A stretch of DNA of 64,000 nt, from positions 17,918,001-17,982,000 of the forward strand of contig NC_043023.1 in the NCBI RefSeq assembly GCF_006345805.1, given 5' to 3'. Source of the DNA: Octopus sinensis. Lineage: Eukaryota. A program made the translations under genes and the position numbers. The notes under the pieces are model-generated. The model was not told where the DNA came from and ran no database searches. It worked only from the letters and a program-made list of their open reading frames with translations. This document shows positions 11,982 through 23,395 of the stretch, one piece after another; the first letter of the stretch is position 1, and each line of letters starts with the position of its first letter.

Positions 11982-14900
11982 ATGGCTCGTATTCATGTAG
12001 GGTGCATAAATGTGCGTCGCCTGGTGTCGAATTGGAAGCAAGGGCGCCTCCTAAACGACATCAGGTCACGGGATTTAGATGTTGTTGTTGCCACAGAAAC
12101 CTGGTTAAAGGGGCCAAGAGATCCACTCCCGCTGTTCGGCGGTTTCGAGAGAATTATCTCTCCGAGCCGTCTGTCCGGCGGAAGCGGGGTGTTGGTCCTG
12201 TGTAAAAAGAACCGGGTTTCTGAGAAAAAGTAGATTTTTTTCAGATCCAGAAGGGAGACTGGTCTTCGTTGATTTGACGTTCAGTAGTCGTAAGACAATC
12301 AGGCTGGTGGCGGTTTACGAACCCCACAGTCAAGGGGAACAAAGTGATTATTTTCGGAACCTTGGAAAGTTTCTGAGTACATCGCATCCTTTAGTTGTTT
12401 TAGGAGACTTCAACACAGTCTACGATGTGCGGGTAGACTGTGAGGGCTCGCGAAGGAAAGGAAATGCTTGCTTCCAGGATCTACTAAGACGTTTCGAGCT
12501 GGTAGATCCATATAGACTGGAACATTCGAACGCTCCATTGTGGACATGGTCAAACAGCGACGGATCTATCAAGTAGTACATAGACAGGATATTAATTAGA
12601 AAAGTAGATAAGACACTAGCTAGGAGTCCACAGCTCCACATGGTCAGCTACAGTGACCACAAGATGGTCACCTGTAGGCTAGACATAGATAGGACGAATA
12701 GAGGTCCTGGTTACTGGAAACTTAATACGTCCCTTTTGGCGATTAAGGATAAGGTTAATGATTCAGAGGGCTTTGACCGGAACAATAATTAACAACATAT
12801 GGTGGTATGCCCTCAAGCGAGCCATCAGATATGAGTCCATTAGATATAGTATAGATCTAGTAGCTAGAGAAGCTAGAAGGGAATCAGCACTAGTTAAGGA
12901 CTTAGAGCAAGCAATACGAACTGGCACGGCAGCCCAGGTGAAGGTCAAGAGACTGGTTTTAAACCAGCACCTCGAAGCCAAACACATGGGTTGCATTGTC
13001 AGGGCTAGACAACGTGCAATGGGGAGCGAAGGAATTAATGCCGCGAGATGGGCCGCAGTGGTGGAAGCCCAACGTGGCAACGATGCCACAATTCGATCTT
13101 TGACGAACCAACAAGGTAAGTTGATAGACGAGCCCGAGGTGATGTGTGAAGCTTTTCAGGACCACTTCGCCCAGCTCTTTAGGGGGAGCGGCGGACCGGA
13201 TAGGAGGAGGGGCCTAACGGACCTCCTCGACGGGCTGCCGCGCCTCTTGGAGCAGGACGTGAAGTGCAGTGAGGAGCCGATCACGCCTGGGGAAGTAATA
13301 GAGGCCATGGCTGACTGCGGCGCGGGTAAGGCTCCAAGACTGGATGGTCTACCCTACGAGCTTTATAAAAGTATGCCGGACTTGTTCGGGGACTTACTGG
13401 CGAACGTCTACGCGAACTGGCAGCAGAATGGGTTTATTCCCAGATATGTGCGCCGGGGAGTGGTGACACTAATCAGGAAGGACCCGGACAAGGGGGATGA
13501 CATTGATAATTTTAGGCCCATCACTCTGCTTAACGCAGAGCTGAAGATTTTGGCCAAAGTGTTATCGAACAGATTGGCGCGTGTCGCGGATGGACTAATA
13601 GGGAAGGCACAAACGTGTGCCGTACCTGGCAGGTCCATTCAGGATAATCTCCATCTAATTAGATACACTATAGAGGGAATTAATAGCGATCCCGGCAAGG
13701 GAGGGGTAGTGGTCCATTTAGACCAATCAAAAGCTTTCGATAGGGTCGACCATCATTACCTGGTGTCTGTTCTGGCTCAGTTCGGCCTGGGTCTTGGCTT
13801 CCTCAGGTGGATCATCGAAATGTACGATAACGTCGACTCGGTAGTTCAGGTGAACAGCTTTATTTCTAAGCCGTTCAGAGTCAATGCTCGGTTCGTCAAG
13901 GATGCCCACTCTCCCCGCTTTTGTATGTAGTGGCTCTCGAGCCGCTGCTGCGAAAACTGAGTGGCATCCCGAGGCATCCAGGTTGTGGAATGTCGGTTTC
14001 GGCGTACGCGGATGATATCACTATCATCGTGACTGAAGTGGACCTCCTACGTAAAGTAGGCAAGGCCATAGAGGTTTACGAGACGGTGACAGGAGCAAAA
14101 GTTAATCGCGAAAAGTCAGTCGGCTTGCAGCTCGGCACCTGGAGAGGCAAGTCGATGCCTTCAGACAACGTCGTGGGACGTTGGACGGAGGGTCCAATAA
14201 AGTTGCTCGGGGTTTGGTTCGGACCAGACCTCCAAATAGAGAAGAACTGGAGCGAGGTATCGAGCAGGGTTGCTGCGGTAGCCAAGACCTGGTGTTAGCG
14301 GTGGTTTTCCCTGAAAGGTAGGGCGGAGGTAGCCAATGTGTTTATCGCATCGGTGATCACCTATGCCTTACCGTCGTGCCTTGCCCGGATTCGTGTTTGA
14401 CCAAGTTGGAAAGACAGCTCTTCCACTTTTTGGGGAAGAGCTCGAAACCCCTTGTGAAACGCTCTGTTTGTTGTCAAAACCCGTTGAAGAGTTGACTAGG
14501 GATGCCGTGGCTAATGTTGGGCAGAAATGCGCTGAGGTTAAGGTATCTGTGGCTCCATCTGGTCTCTGTTGGCGAAACAGATGTTTCCCAAGTTCACCAG
14601 TTTTGGTGGACGGGAAGCCTGGTATAATCGCAGATCGAAGTTGGATACATAGTATACGGAGTGTCGCAAGGCACTCCGACTATTCCGTCGCTCGGGCAAT
14701 GCCTGCGGCAGTGGTTCTACCGCTGTTTTCTATAGAGGGCTTGTAGAGGCCGGTTGCGATGATACGTTAGGGGAAACCCTAGGTTTCGAAGATAATCAGC
14801 TGTCCAGTCTGTTCCAACGTACATTTGGGCCGAGGACCCTGGATAATTTTCAGAAGTCCTTAGCTTGGCAGTGTTACCGAGGTGCCTTACCTTTACTCTT

Positions 14901-15717
14901 TTACTCTTTTACTTGTTTCAGTCATTTGACTGCAGCCATGCTGGTGCACCACCTTTAATCGAGCAAATCGACCCGGGACTTATTCTTTGTAAGCCCAGTA
15001 CTTATTCTATCGGTCTCTTTTTGCCGAACCGCTAAGTGACGGGAACATAAACACACCAGCATCGGTTGTCAAGCAATACTAGGGGGACAAACACAGACAC
15101 ACAAACACACACATATATACATATACACGACAGGCTTCTTTCAGTTTCCGTCTACCAAATCCACTCACAAGGCTTTGGTCGGCCCGAGGCTATAGTAGAA
15201 GACATTTGCCCAAGGTGGCACGCAGTGGGACTGAACCCGGAACCATGTGGATGGTAAGCAAGCAACTTACCACAGAGCCACTCCTGCGCAGGCACGGTGG
15301 CCAAGTCAGCCCGACCTGTCCGAGGTGTGGGCGAGACAGGGAAACCGTCTCGCACGCGGTCGTGCAGTGCTCGGAGGTGGCAGACATGTGGGTTTTTGCC
15401 GAACAACTGTTGTCAAGTGGAGGAAGAGTACAGCTATCGACTGAATCCATTGTAAAATCGACCCACCGGATTTCTTAACGAAAGAAGATAAGAATTGTTT
15501 TCTCTCTGTGGTTTCAATTGCGAAACAAGCAGTATGGAAGACGAGGATGAAAGAGGTGATAGCAGGCAACTTCATCTCTGGTTCTAGTCTGGTGGAATAT
15601 TTTAAATTCCACCTAAAAAGACAAACAGAACTAGAGAGGAGGGGCCTGAGAAAGAAAGTGTTCGATGAAAGATGGAAGAATGTTGTGAGTAAAAGGCCCC
15701 TCATGAATGAAAGGTAA
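11982..15717 (+). pseudogene. Tx1-C ORF2 (APE + RT), stops and frameshifts
   Basis: ORFs 11979-12233, 12274-12576, 12758-13930, 13921-14298 (SAYADDI) and 15508-15717. Confidence 0.92.
14892..15289 (-). mobile_element. tRNA-derived SINE inserted in Tx1-C ORF2
   Basis: On the - strand: A-box-like GTGGCTCTGTGGTAAG, B-box-like GGTTCAGTCCC, internal (TG/TA)n, and 3' tail (AAAAGAGT)n. It interrupts sequence that is contiguous in Tx1-D. Confidence 0.88.
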
Positions 15718-15951
15718 GCCGGAAAAAAAAGAAGAAAAAACCTAAGGTCAGTTTCGTGGCGGTTATCGTGGAGTCCGTAAGCCCGCCCCACTCCATCTGT
15801 GAAATTGTTTGTGTAAAAAATGTCCTATCATCCGAATTATATAATCATGTGTAAATTTTTAATAGACCCCAACGCACATTCTTGTAAAAACATTCGTGAT
15901 GTTCTGTCTTTATATGTAAAACCGTATGGTGAATAAAGAAATAATAGTTAA

Positions 15952-17731
15952 CAATTGCAGTCTTCATTGAGTGTGTGTTGTTAGTTGTGACAAGACGGTG
16001 AATTTTTTCTGTGTGTAAATTGATTTGGTATCGCGCGAGGCGTTTGCCTCCACGCCGGAGACCTTCCGAAGAAGGTGAATTGACCCTCTAGTCATGGCGA
16101 CTTACGCGGGGGTCACCGGAAAAAAAGCGATTCGTCGCTAATAGTAAGGGAGGTGTTCTTTGAGAAGGAGAAACTCAAAGAATATGAAAAGCTTTTCAAA
16201 AGGGAGCGTGATAGCGTGAAGCTAACCCCCCCCCCCGCGAAAGCAAAAGAGGATAAAGAAAGCAAGACGGTGACATATAGAACCCAAGACAGGAGTACGA
16301 AGAAACTGGCAAGAGTGGAGATAGACGAAATTGAGAAATGTCTGGGAGACATAATGGGAAAAATAACTTATGTGAGTAGAGGCAAGAAATTTGGTACGGT
16401 GGAGGTTAGATGTGCAACGGAGGAAGTTGCGGCATCACTGGCTACCACCGTACTAAGAGCCGAAAAATTCACAATGTGGCCCTCATACGAGGGAAAAAGA
16501 GGGGTTCGGGTTAAAATCCCGAATATACCCCCATAAGTGAAAACAGAATGGCTGGCAACAGCTATTCTAGGAGCAGCAGAAGAGGAAGTGGAGGCGGAAC
16601 CAATTAAGGAGTCCAACGTGGTAAACTGGAGAGGATATGGGGTAGAATTGTGGCTGATGGCCACAACAGAGGATATTGAAAGGTTTCCCTACAGAATTGA
16701 AATTGAAGAGGAATAAACCCTCAGCGTAATTGTAGAGGGGAGAAAACCAAACTGTTACTTGTGTGGGACAAGGGGGCACATTAAAAGATAGTGCCCGTTA
16801 TATGAATTCGTAGCGGAGTGCGAGCAGGAACTTGAAGAAAAGAAGAATACTATAAATAAGAAAGAAAGCATAGAAAAGGAAAGAAAACAACAAGAGAAAG
16901 GAAATAATAAGTCAATGAAGGAAAAAGAAATAAAAGAAAAGGAAGAAATAGAACCAAAACAGAGTCAAGGGAAAAAAAGGATAAAGAAACAATAGGAATA
17001 AAACAAGAGAGGTATCAGAATCAAACGAAAAGAAAGGACGGCACACAAAAGAAAAAGAAAATACAGGAAAGGAACATAAAGCACGAGAGAAAACAGACAA
17101 AGAGCCAAAAAGACAAGAGAAGGAAGGAGAAAGAAAAGAAGGCAAAAAGAGAGAAAGAGAGAAACAAAGAGAGGAGAACAAGGAAGAAATAAGCCCGAAA
17201 AGGAAGATGAAGGAAAACGCAGGACGAAACAAGATTACTATTACTACAAGTTAGTAACCTACCATTTCTGCCCTGTAATGAATGACTTGACAAGTAAAAC
17301 GGAGGGACATGTATGGGTCAACAGGATGACCGACCGGACGGGGGAGACTGCTCTTATCCCCGAAGAAGGAGCCGCTGTGTTCTTCAGAGCTGCCGGGGAA
17401 AATGTAATATTTTTCACGAAGGCTCGAGTGAGAGAGCGGCTACCTGAGGATTCAGTGATGGACTTCAGAGAAGTAGAAACAATCATAGAATATGTGTAAC
17501 ATTGTGAGAGGAAAAGAAAAAATAAATTGGTGAAATATATGTGATAAAACTGACGAAAATGTAACCTCTTGATTCCGGGGATCGAGTGGACATTTTCATC
17601 TCATTGTAAATATTCTTTCATATGTCATTATTACTTTTATTTTTTCCTTTTCTTGTCATTCGCTTTCTTATTTTAAGTTCCCCGATTGTGTTGTCCATCT
17701 CTGTGTTAGCCTTTATGGTAAATAAAAAAAT
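15952..17731 (+). mobile_element. ORF1-only Tx1-related element E (HAL1/HeT-A-like non-autonomous unit)
   Basis: ORF1 homologous to the neighbouring Tx1 ORF1s. Stop at 17499, then a ~230-bp 3'UTR ending in the Tx1 terminal motif and AATAAA (17721). No APE or RT sequence. Confidence 0.8.
16094..17499 (+). pseudogene. Element E ORF1 (gag-like, zinc knuckle, K/E-rich linker, C-terminal domain)
   Basis: MATYAGVTGKK(fs)...RGKKFGTVEVRC...VIVEGRKPNCYLCGTRGHIKR*C...MNDLTSK...IIEYV*. At least three in-frame stops plus frameshifts. Confidence 0.82.
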
Positions 17732-18008
17732 CATTGCAGTCTTAATTGTGCAGGTCTGTTTTGTCGATTATTACCGGTTTGTGAATTTAACTTCTGTTAC
17801 TTTGTTTTATATATTGTGTATTTTGTGTAAAACTGTTATTAGCCTTCGCGCGAAGGCTACGTATTAAAATCCCCCCCCCTCGCGGGAATTATTACTGTGA
17901 AACAATTATTGTGGAACAATTTTAAAATACACACAAAAGGCTTGCGAAGCCAGTTTTTTTGAAGGCTTGTTAAAGCCAATTGAAAGGCTTGTTAAGCCAC
18001 ATCCGGAG

Positions 18009-19236
18009 ATGGATACTCCTATCTCCTATTCACCTGTATCAGATGAAGAAAGTTCACCGGCGGTTTCGCCAAAAACTGAAGAAGTCCCAGCGAAGAAGTT
18101 CGCAGAAGCTGCGGGCAAAAAACAGAAAAAAATTAACACTGAAAAAAGCAACCTAGAAAAATATGCAGCATCTTCGAAAATGGAGGGTAATGAAGTGACA
18201 GTAATACGAGACGTCAGAAAGACAGATGAAGTAGATAAAAGAAGGACAATTTACAAAACGTATAATAAGACGATGAAAACCATTCAAAGAGTGGAAGAAA
18301 AAAATCGAGAATTGTTTAAAGACAATATGGAAAGACATCACATGCATAAACCGTGGCAGAAAATTCGGAACGGTTGAGGTGAGGTTCAGGACAGAGGAGA
18401 TAGCCAAGAAGCTATCAACCGAACCTCTAAAAGCGGAGAATATAGTCCTCCTCCCCCTGTACAGAGGCAGAAGGACCTCGAAGATCAAAATAAACAACAT
18501 TCCCCCAGAGACAGACGCCACATGCCTGCTGGCGGCAGTGATATTAGGCCTGGAGGACAAGATCACTATCCTCCAGGCTACAGTAGAGGAGGAGGAGTAT
18601 TGGCAAGGCCAATGCATCTCAATGGCGATGCAGGCGGAGGTTCAGGCGTTGGAAGAAATTCCAGAGACATTGAGGATCAGCGAGGAGGAGAGGGTGATAG
18701 TGTTTGTGGAGGGCAGAAAGCCGATGTGTTTCGGCTGCGGTAAAAAGGGTCACGTGAGAGCGGAATGCCAACCTACGTCGTAGGAAGCAGCACCGCCAGA
18801 AAAAGAAAAACCAGAAGCGAAAACACCAGAAACTACAGAATCAAAAGAAACCAAAGAAGCAACAGAAACAACAAGCGGCGAAGAAAAGGAAAAAGAGGAG
18901 GGGTGGTCAAAAATCACCATGAAAAAACGGAAAACAAAAACCACCCCTCAGAAAGAGAGCTAAAAAAAGAGAAAAGAAACTACGAATACATTTATAGCCA
19001 TTAAGGCAGCCAACAACAGGCTAATTAACGTTTTGGCAGCTATGGAAAAGGTGGAAATAATTAAAAAAACGAAAGACTTTATTGTTTATAGAATAGGCCG
19101 GAAGGATTACGGACGGATAAAGTCCGAATTCTACCATGATGTGGGCCCTCTGAGATTGGACATATCTCCATATATATACGAGGGCCTGCGTCGGACTCCC
19201 CCACGAACCCAGGAAAAAGAAAAAAAAAGTGAATAA
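18009..19236 (+). pseudogene. Tx1-D ORF1
   Basis: ORFs 17967-18377, 18379-18783 (knuckle) and 19033-19236. Confidence 0.82.
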
Positions 19237-19271
19237 AATGAACAAGGCGTACAACTGATATAAGGTAAGTC

Positions 19272-22200
19272 ATGGATTACATTTATGTTGGTTGTTTAAA
19301 TGTGCGCGGCCTGGGATCAAGCGGGAAGCAGGGTCGTTTCCTTAATGATAACAGGTCGCGTAATTTGGATGTCATTGTTGCTACAGAAACCCGGTTAGAG
19401 GGGCCAAGAGGTCTGCTCCCGCTGTTCGACGGCAACGAGAGTTTTCTCTCTCCGGCCAGTCCTACCGGCGGGGGTGGGGTGTTGGTCCTATTAAAAAGAA
19501 ACCGGGTTTTTGAGAAAAAGTTAATTTTTTCAGACCCAGAAGGTAGGCTGGTCGTCATGGATTCGACGTTCAGTAACGGTAAAGTTATCAGACTGGTTGC
19601 AATTTACGCACCCAACCAAAAGGGGAAAAGTGATTATTTTCGAGAGCTGGAGAACTTTCTTTGAGCTAGCAGATCCTTATAGGCTGGAATTTCCGAATGC
19701 TCCATTGTGGACATGGTCAAGCAGCGACGGATCTTCCAGGTCATACATAGATAGAATACTAATTAGAAAAGTAGACAGAGAAATAGCTAAATGTCCACAG
19801 TTTTACCCGGTCAGCTACAGTGATCATAAAATGGTCACCTGTAAGCTTTACATAGATAAGGCTAATAATAGAGGCTCCGGTTATTGGTAACTGAATACGT
19901 CCCTTTTGGCGATTAAGGAGTACAGAGACCGGATTAGGACTATAATTCAGAGGGCGCTATCTGGTGCCATCATTAATAACAAATGGTAGTATGCCCTCAA
20001 GCAAGCCATCAAATTCGAGACTATAAGATATAGCATAGGATTAGTGGCTAGAGAGGCTAGGAGGGAATCAACTTTAGTTAAGGAATTAGAGGGAGCCATG
20101 AGAACTGGCTCTGTGGATCAGGTGAAGGCCAAGAGACTGGCGTTAAACCAGCACCCCGAGGCCAAACATATGGGCTGCATTGTCAGGGCTAGGATCCGCG
20201 CAATAGGTTGTGAGGGAATCAACGCCGTGAGATGGGCCCGAGTGGTGGAAGCTCAGCGTGGTAATGACGCCACAATTCGATCTTTGACGAACCAACAAGG
20301 TAAGTTGATAAACGAACCCGAGGAGATGTGTGAGGCCTTTCAGGAGCACTTCGCTCAGATTTTCTGTGGGGGCGGCGGACTGGATAGAAGGAGAGTCTTT
20401 ACGGACCTCCTCGACGGGCTGCCGCGCCTATCGGTGCGAGATGCGGAGGGCTGTGAAGGGCCAATCACGCCTGAGGAATAGGCGGAGGCGATGGCGGACT
20501 GCGGCGCGGGCAAGGTACCAGGTTTGGATGGTCTACCCTATGAGTTATATAAGAGTATGCCAGACTTGTTCGGGCACCTACTGACGGAGATCTACGCGAA
20601 CTGGCAGCAGAACGGGTTCATTCCCAGATCTGTGCACCGGGGAGTTGTGACTCTTGTCAGAAAGGACCCGAGCAAAGGGGAGTGCATTGATTATTTCAGG
20701 CCCATCACTCTGCTAAACACAGAGTTGAAGATTTTGGCCAAAGCGTTATCGAAAAGATTGGCGAGTGTCGCGAATAGTCTAATCGGGGAGGCACAGACAT
20801 GTGCCGTTCCCGGCAGATCCATTCAGGATAATCTCCATCTTATGCGGTACACTATAGAGAGGTTTAATAGTGATTCTGGCAAGGGTGGGGCACTTGTCCA
20901 TTTAGACCAATCTAAAGCATTCGATAGGGTCGACCATCGCTACCTGGTGTCTGCCCTGGCACAGTTTGGGCTGGGCCTTGGCTTCCTCAGGTGGATTATC
21001 CAAATTTACGATAACATCGACTCGGTAGTTCGGGTGAACGGCTTCTTTTCGAGGCCGTTCAACATCAAGCGCTCGGTTCGTCAAGGGTTTCCGCTCTCCC
21101 CGCTTTTGTACGTGGTGGCTCTTGAGCCATTACTGCGAAAACTGAGCGGCATCCCGAGACAACCAGGTTGTGGAAAATCGGTGTCAGCTTACGCGGATGA
21201 CATCACCATCATCGTAACCGAAATGGATCACCTACAGAGGGTAGGCAAGGCCATAGAGGTTTACGAGACGGTGACAGCAGCAAAGGTTAATCGTGAAAAG
21301 TCAGTTGGCTTGCAGCTCGGCACCTGGAGAGGCAAGCTCGGCACCTGGAGAGGCAAGTCGATGCCTCCTGACAGCGTCGTGGGACGTTGGACGGAGGGTC
21401 CGATTAAGTTGCTAGGGGTTTGGTTTGGACCAGACCTCCAAATAGAGAAGAACTGGGGCGAGGTATCGAGCAGGGTGGCTGCGGCAGCCAAGACGCGGTC
21501 TTAGCGGTGGCTATCCCTGAAAGGAAGGGTGGAGGTAGCCAATGTGTTTATCGCATCGGTTATCACCTACCGCCTATCCGTCGTTCCTTGCCCTGATTCG
21601 TGGTTGATCAAGTTGGAAAGACAGCTCTTCTACTTCTTGTGGAAGGGCGGGAAACCAATTGTGAAACGCTCTACTTGCTGTCAACAACCGTTAAAAGGTG
21701 GACTAGTGATGCCTTGGCTGATTATGCGCAGAAATGCGCTGAGGATAAGACATCTGTGGCTCTACCTGGATGGTGAACGGGTGTGGTCTCCGCTAGCAAA
21801 ACTGATGTTTCCCAAGTTCACTAGTTTCGGTGGATGGGAAACCTGGCTGAATCGTAGATCGAAACTGGGCACATGGTACACGGAGTGTCGCAAGGCTCTC
21901 CTGCTATTCCGTCGCTCGGGCAACGCCTGCGGTGGGGGTTCCACCATATTCTTCTATAGAGGGTTGGTAGAGGCGGAATGTGAAGATACCTTAGGGGAAG
22001 AACTAGGTCTCGACGATAACCAGCTGGCCAGTCTGTTCCAATGTACATTCGGGCCGACGACCCTGGACAACTTCCAGAAGTCTCTGGCATGGCAGTATTA
22101 CAGAGGAGCTCTACCTGTTCGGGATAAACACGCAAGGCACGGTGGTCAAGACAGTCCGATATGTCCAAGATGCGGGCGGGATAGGGAAACCGTCCCGCAC

Positions 22201-22568
22201 GCTATTGTTCATTGTTCGGTCGTGTTAGAGGTGTGGGTTCATTGTTCGGTCGTGTCAGAGGTGTTGGTGTACGAAGAGTACAGCTGTCGACTGAGTCTAT
22301 TATAAAAATTGACCCACCAGATTTCCTCGCGAAAGAAGGTAAGAATTGTTTACTCGTTGTAGTAGCAATTGCGAGAGACGTGATTTGGAAGACTAGGATG
22401 AAAGGTTTACGGTCAGGCAAGTTCATCTCCGGCCCTGGATTGATGAATTATTTCATCTTTCACCTAAAAAGGAATATAGAGTTGGAGAGAAAATGCCTGA
22501 CTAAGAAAGTGTATGAAGAACGATGGAAGGATGTAGCACGAAAGTTGCGAATGGATGACACCACATAA
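19272..22568 (+). pseudogene. Tx1-D ORF2 (APE + RT), with an internal deletion in the APE, a 21-bp in-frame duplication (LGTWRGK x2) and a 30-bp duplication near 22208
   Basis: ORFs 19272-19664, 19597-19890, 20044-20481, 20491-21504, 21529-22305 and 22212-22568. Confidence 0.92.
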
Positions 22569-22802
22569 ATGTAAAACAAGACGAAACCAAAGTATCAGTG
22601 GTGAGGCGGGGCTCGTGGGGTCCGAGCTAAACCCGCCCCCACTCCATCCGTAATGTCTTCCGGTCTGTTCTTCATTCGATTTTATATTTTTGTATTTTTG
22701 TGAATTTTTAATCTCATTTTTTTGTAACTCCATCCGAGAATCTGATCCCACACCAGGTTGTATTGTCCCCTCTATGTTCGCCCCTTGTGGGTAATAATAA
22801 AA

Positions 22803-23030
22803 CAATTCCAGTCTGTTATATATTTTGAGTATTGTTATCACTAGAGATATCAAGATATAACTTTGTATTTTGTATTTTATGTGTAGATGTATATATATAT
22901 AGATGTACATGTAATATGTACACACATATATACACATATATACATGCACTAGCACTATAATTCTAGTCTATATATAAAACTGAGAATATGTGTGTCTGTC
23001 TGTTAGTCTGTCAGTCAGTCTGTCTGTCTC
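22803..23030 (+). mobile_element. Helitron 3' end fragment (hairpin deleted) joined to a Helitron 5' end (CTAG|TC)
   Basis: 22803-22966 matches 44564-44752. 22967 onward matches the start of the 43020 element (TCTATATA..AAAACTGAGAAT). Confidence 0.8.
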
Positions 23031-23153
23031 TCTTTTAATAGTTTCATTTCATCATTTCACTATGTATATATATATATATATATACTTATTTGTATATATA
23101 TTAATACATTCGCTTGTAATATTTTTACTCCTATTAGTTTCACTATGTATATA

Positions 23154-23395
23154 TTGGGTTACCCGGAAAGTTCGTGCCGATTTATAGTAGCTTACCTTTC
23201 GACTCGTTCATGAGCACCTGGTAAAGCTTGGGTGCACAAATCGTTCCAACATGATAATGCAAGACCGCACGTTTCTTTGGGAACGAGACGGAAATTGGTG
23301 CAGATCGGCAGGGATGTGTTACCCCACCCTCCATATTCACCAGATGTTCCTCCCTCGGATCTCTACTTCTTCAGGTCTCTGCAGAATAGGTTTTT
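23154..23395 (+). mobile_element. Mariner transposon remnant
   Basis: TA followed by TIR-like TTGGGTTACCCGGAAAGTTCGTGCCGATTT. ORF 23232 has HDNARPH and PHPPYSPDVPPSD. Confidence 0.85.

Larger units (their letters stand above)
10660..15951 (+). mobile_element. Tx1-clade LINE, family C (decayed; 5' end short or truncated; SINE inserted in ORF2)
   Basis: ORF1 with CYGCGEKGHIRIDC. ORF2 MARIHVGCINVR...YADD. AATAAA at 15932-15937. Confidence 0.93.
17732..22802 (+). mobile_element. Tx1-clade LINE, family D, full length (decayed)
   Basis: 5'UTR, ORF1 with CFGCGKKGHVRAEC, ORF2 MDYIYVGCLNVRGL...YADD, 3'UTR ending AATAATAAAA. Confidence 0.94.
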
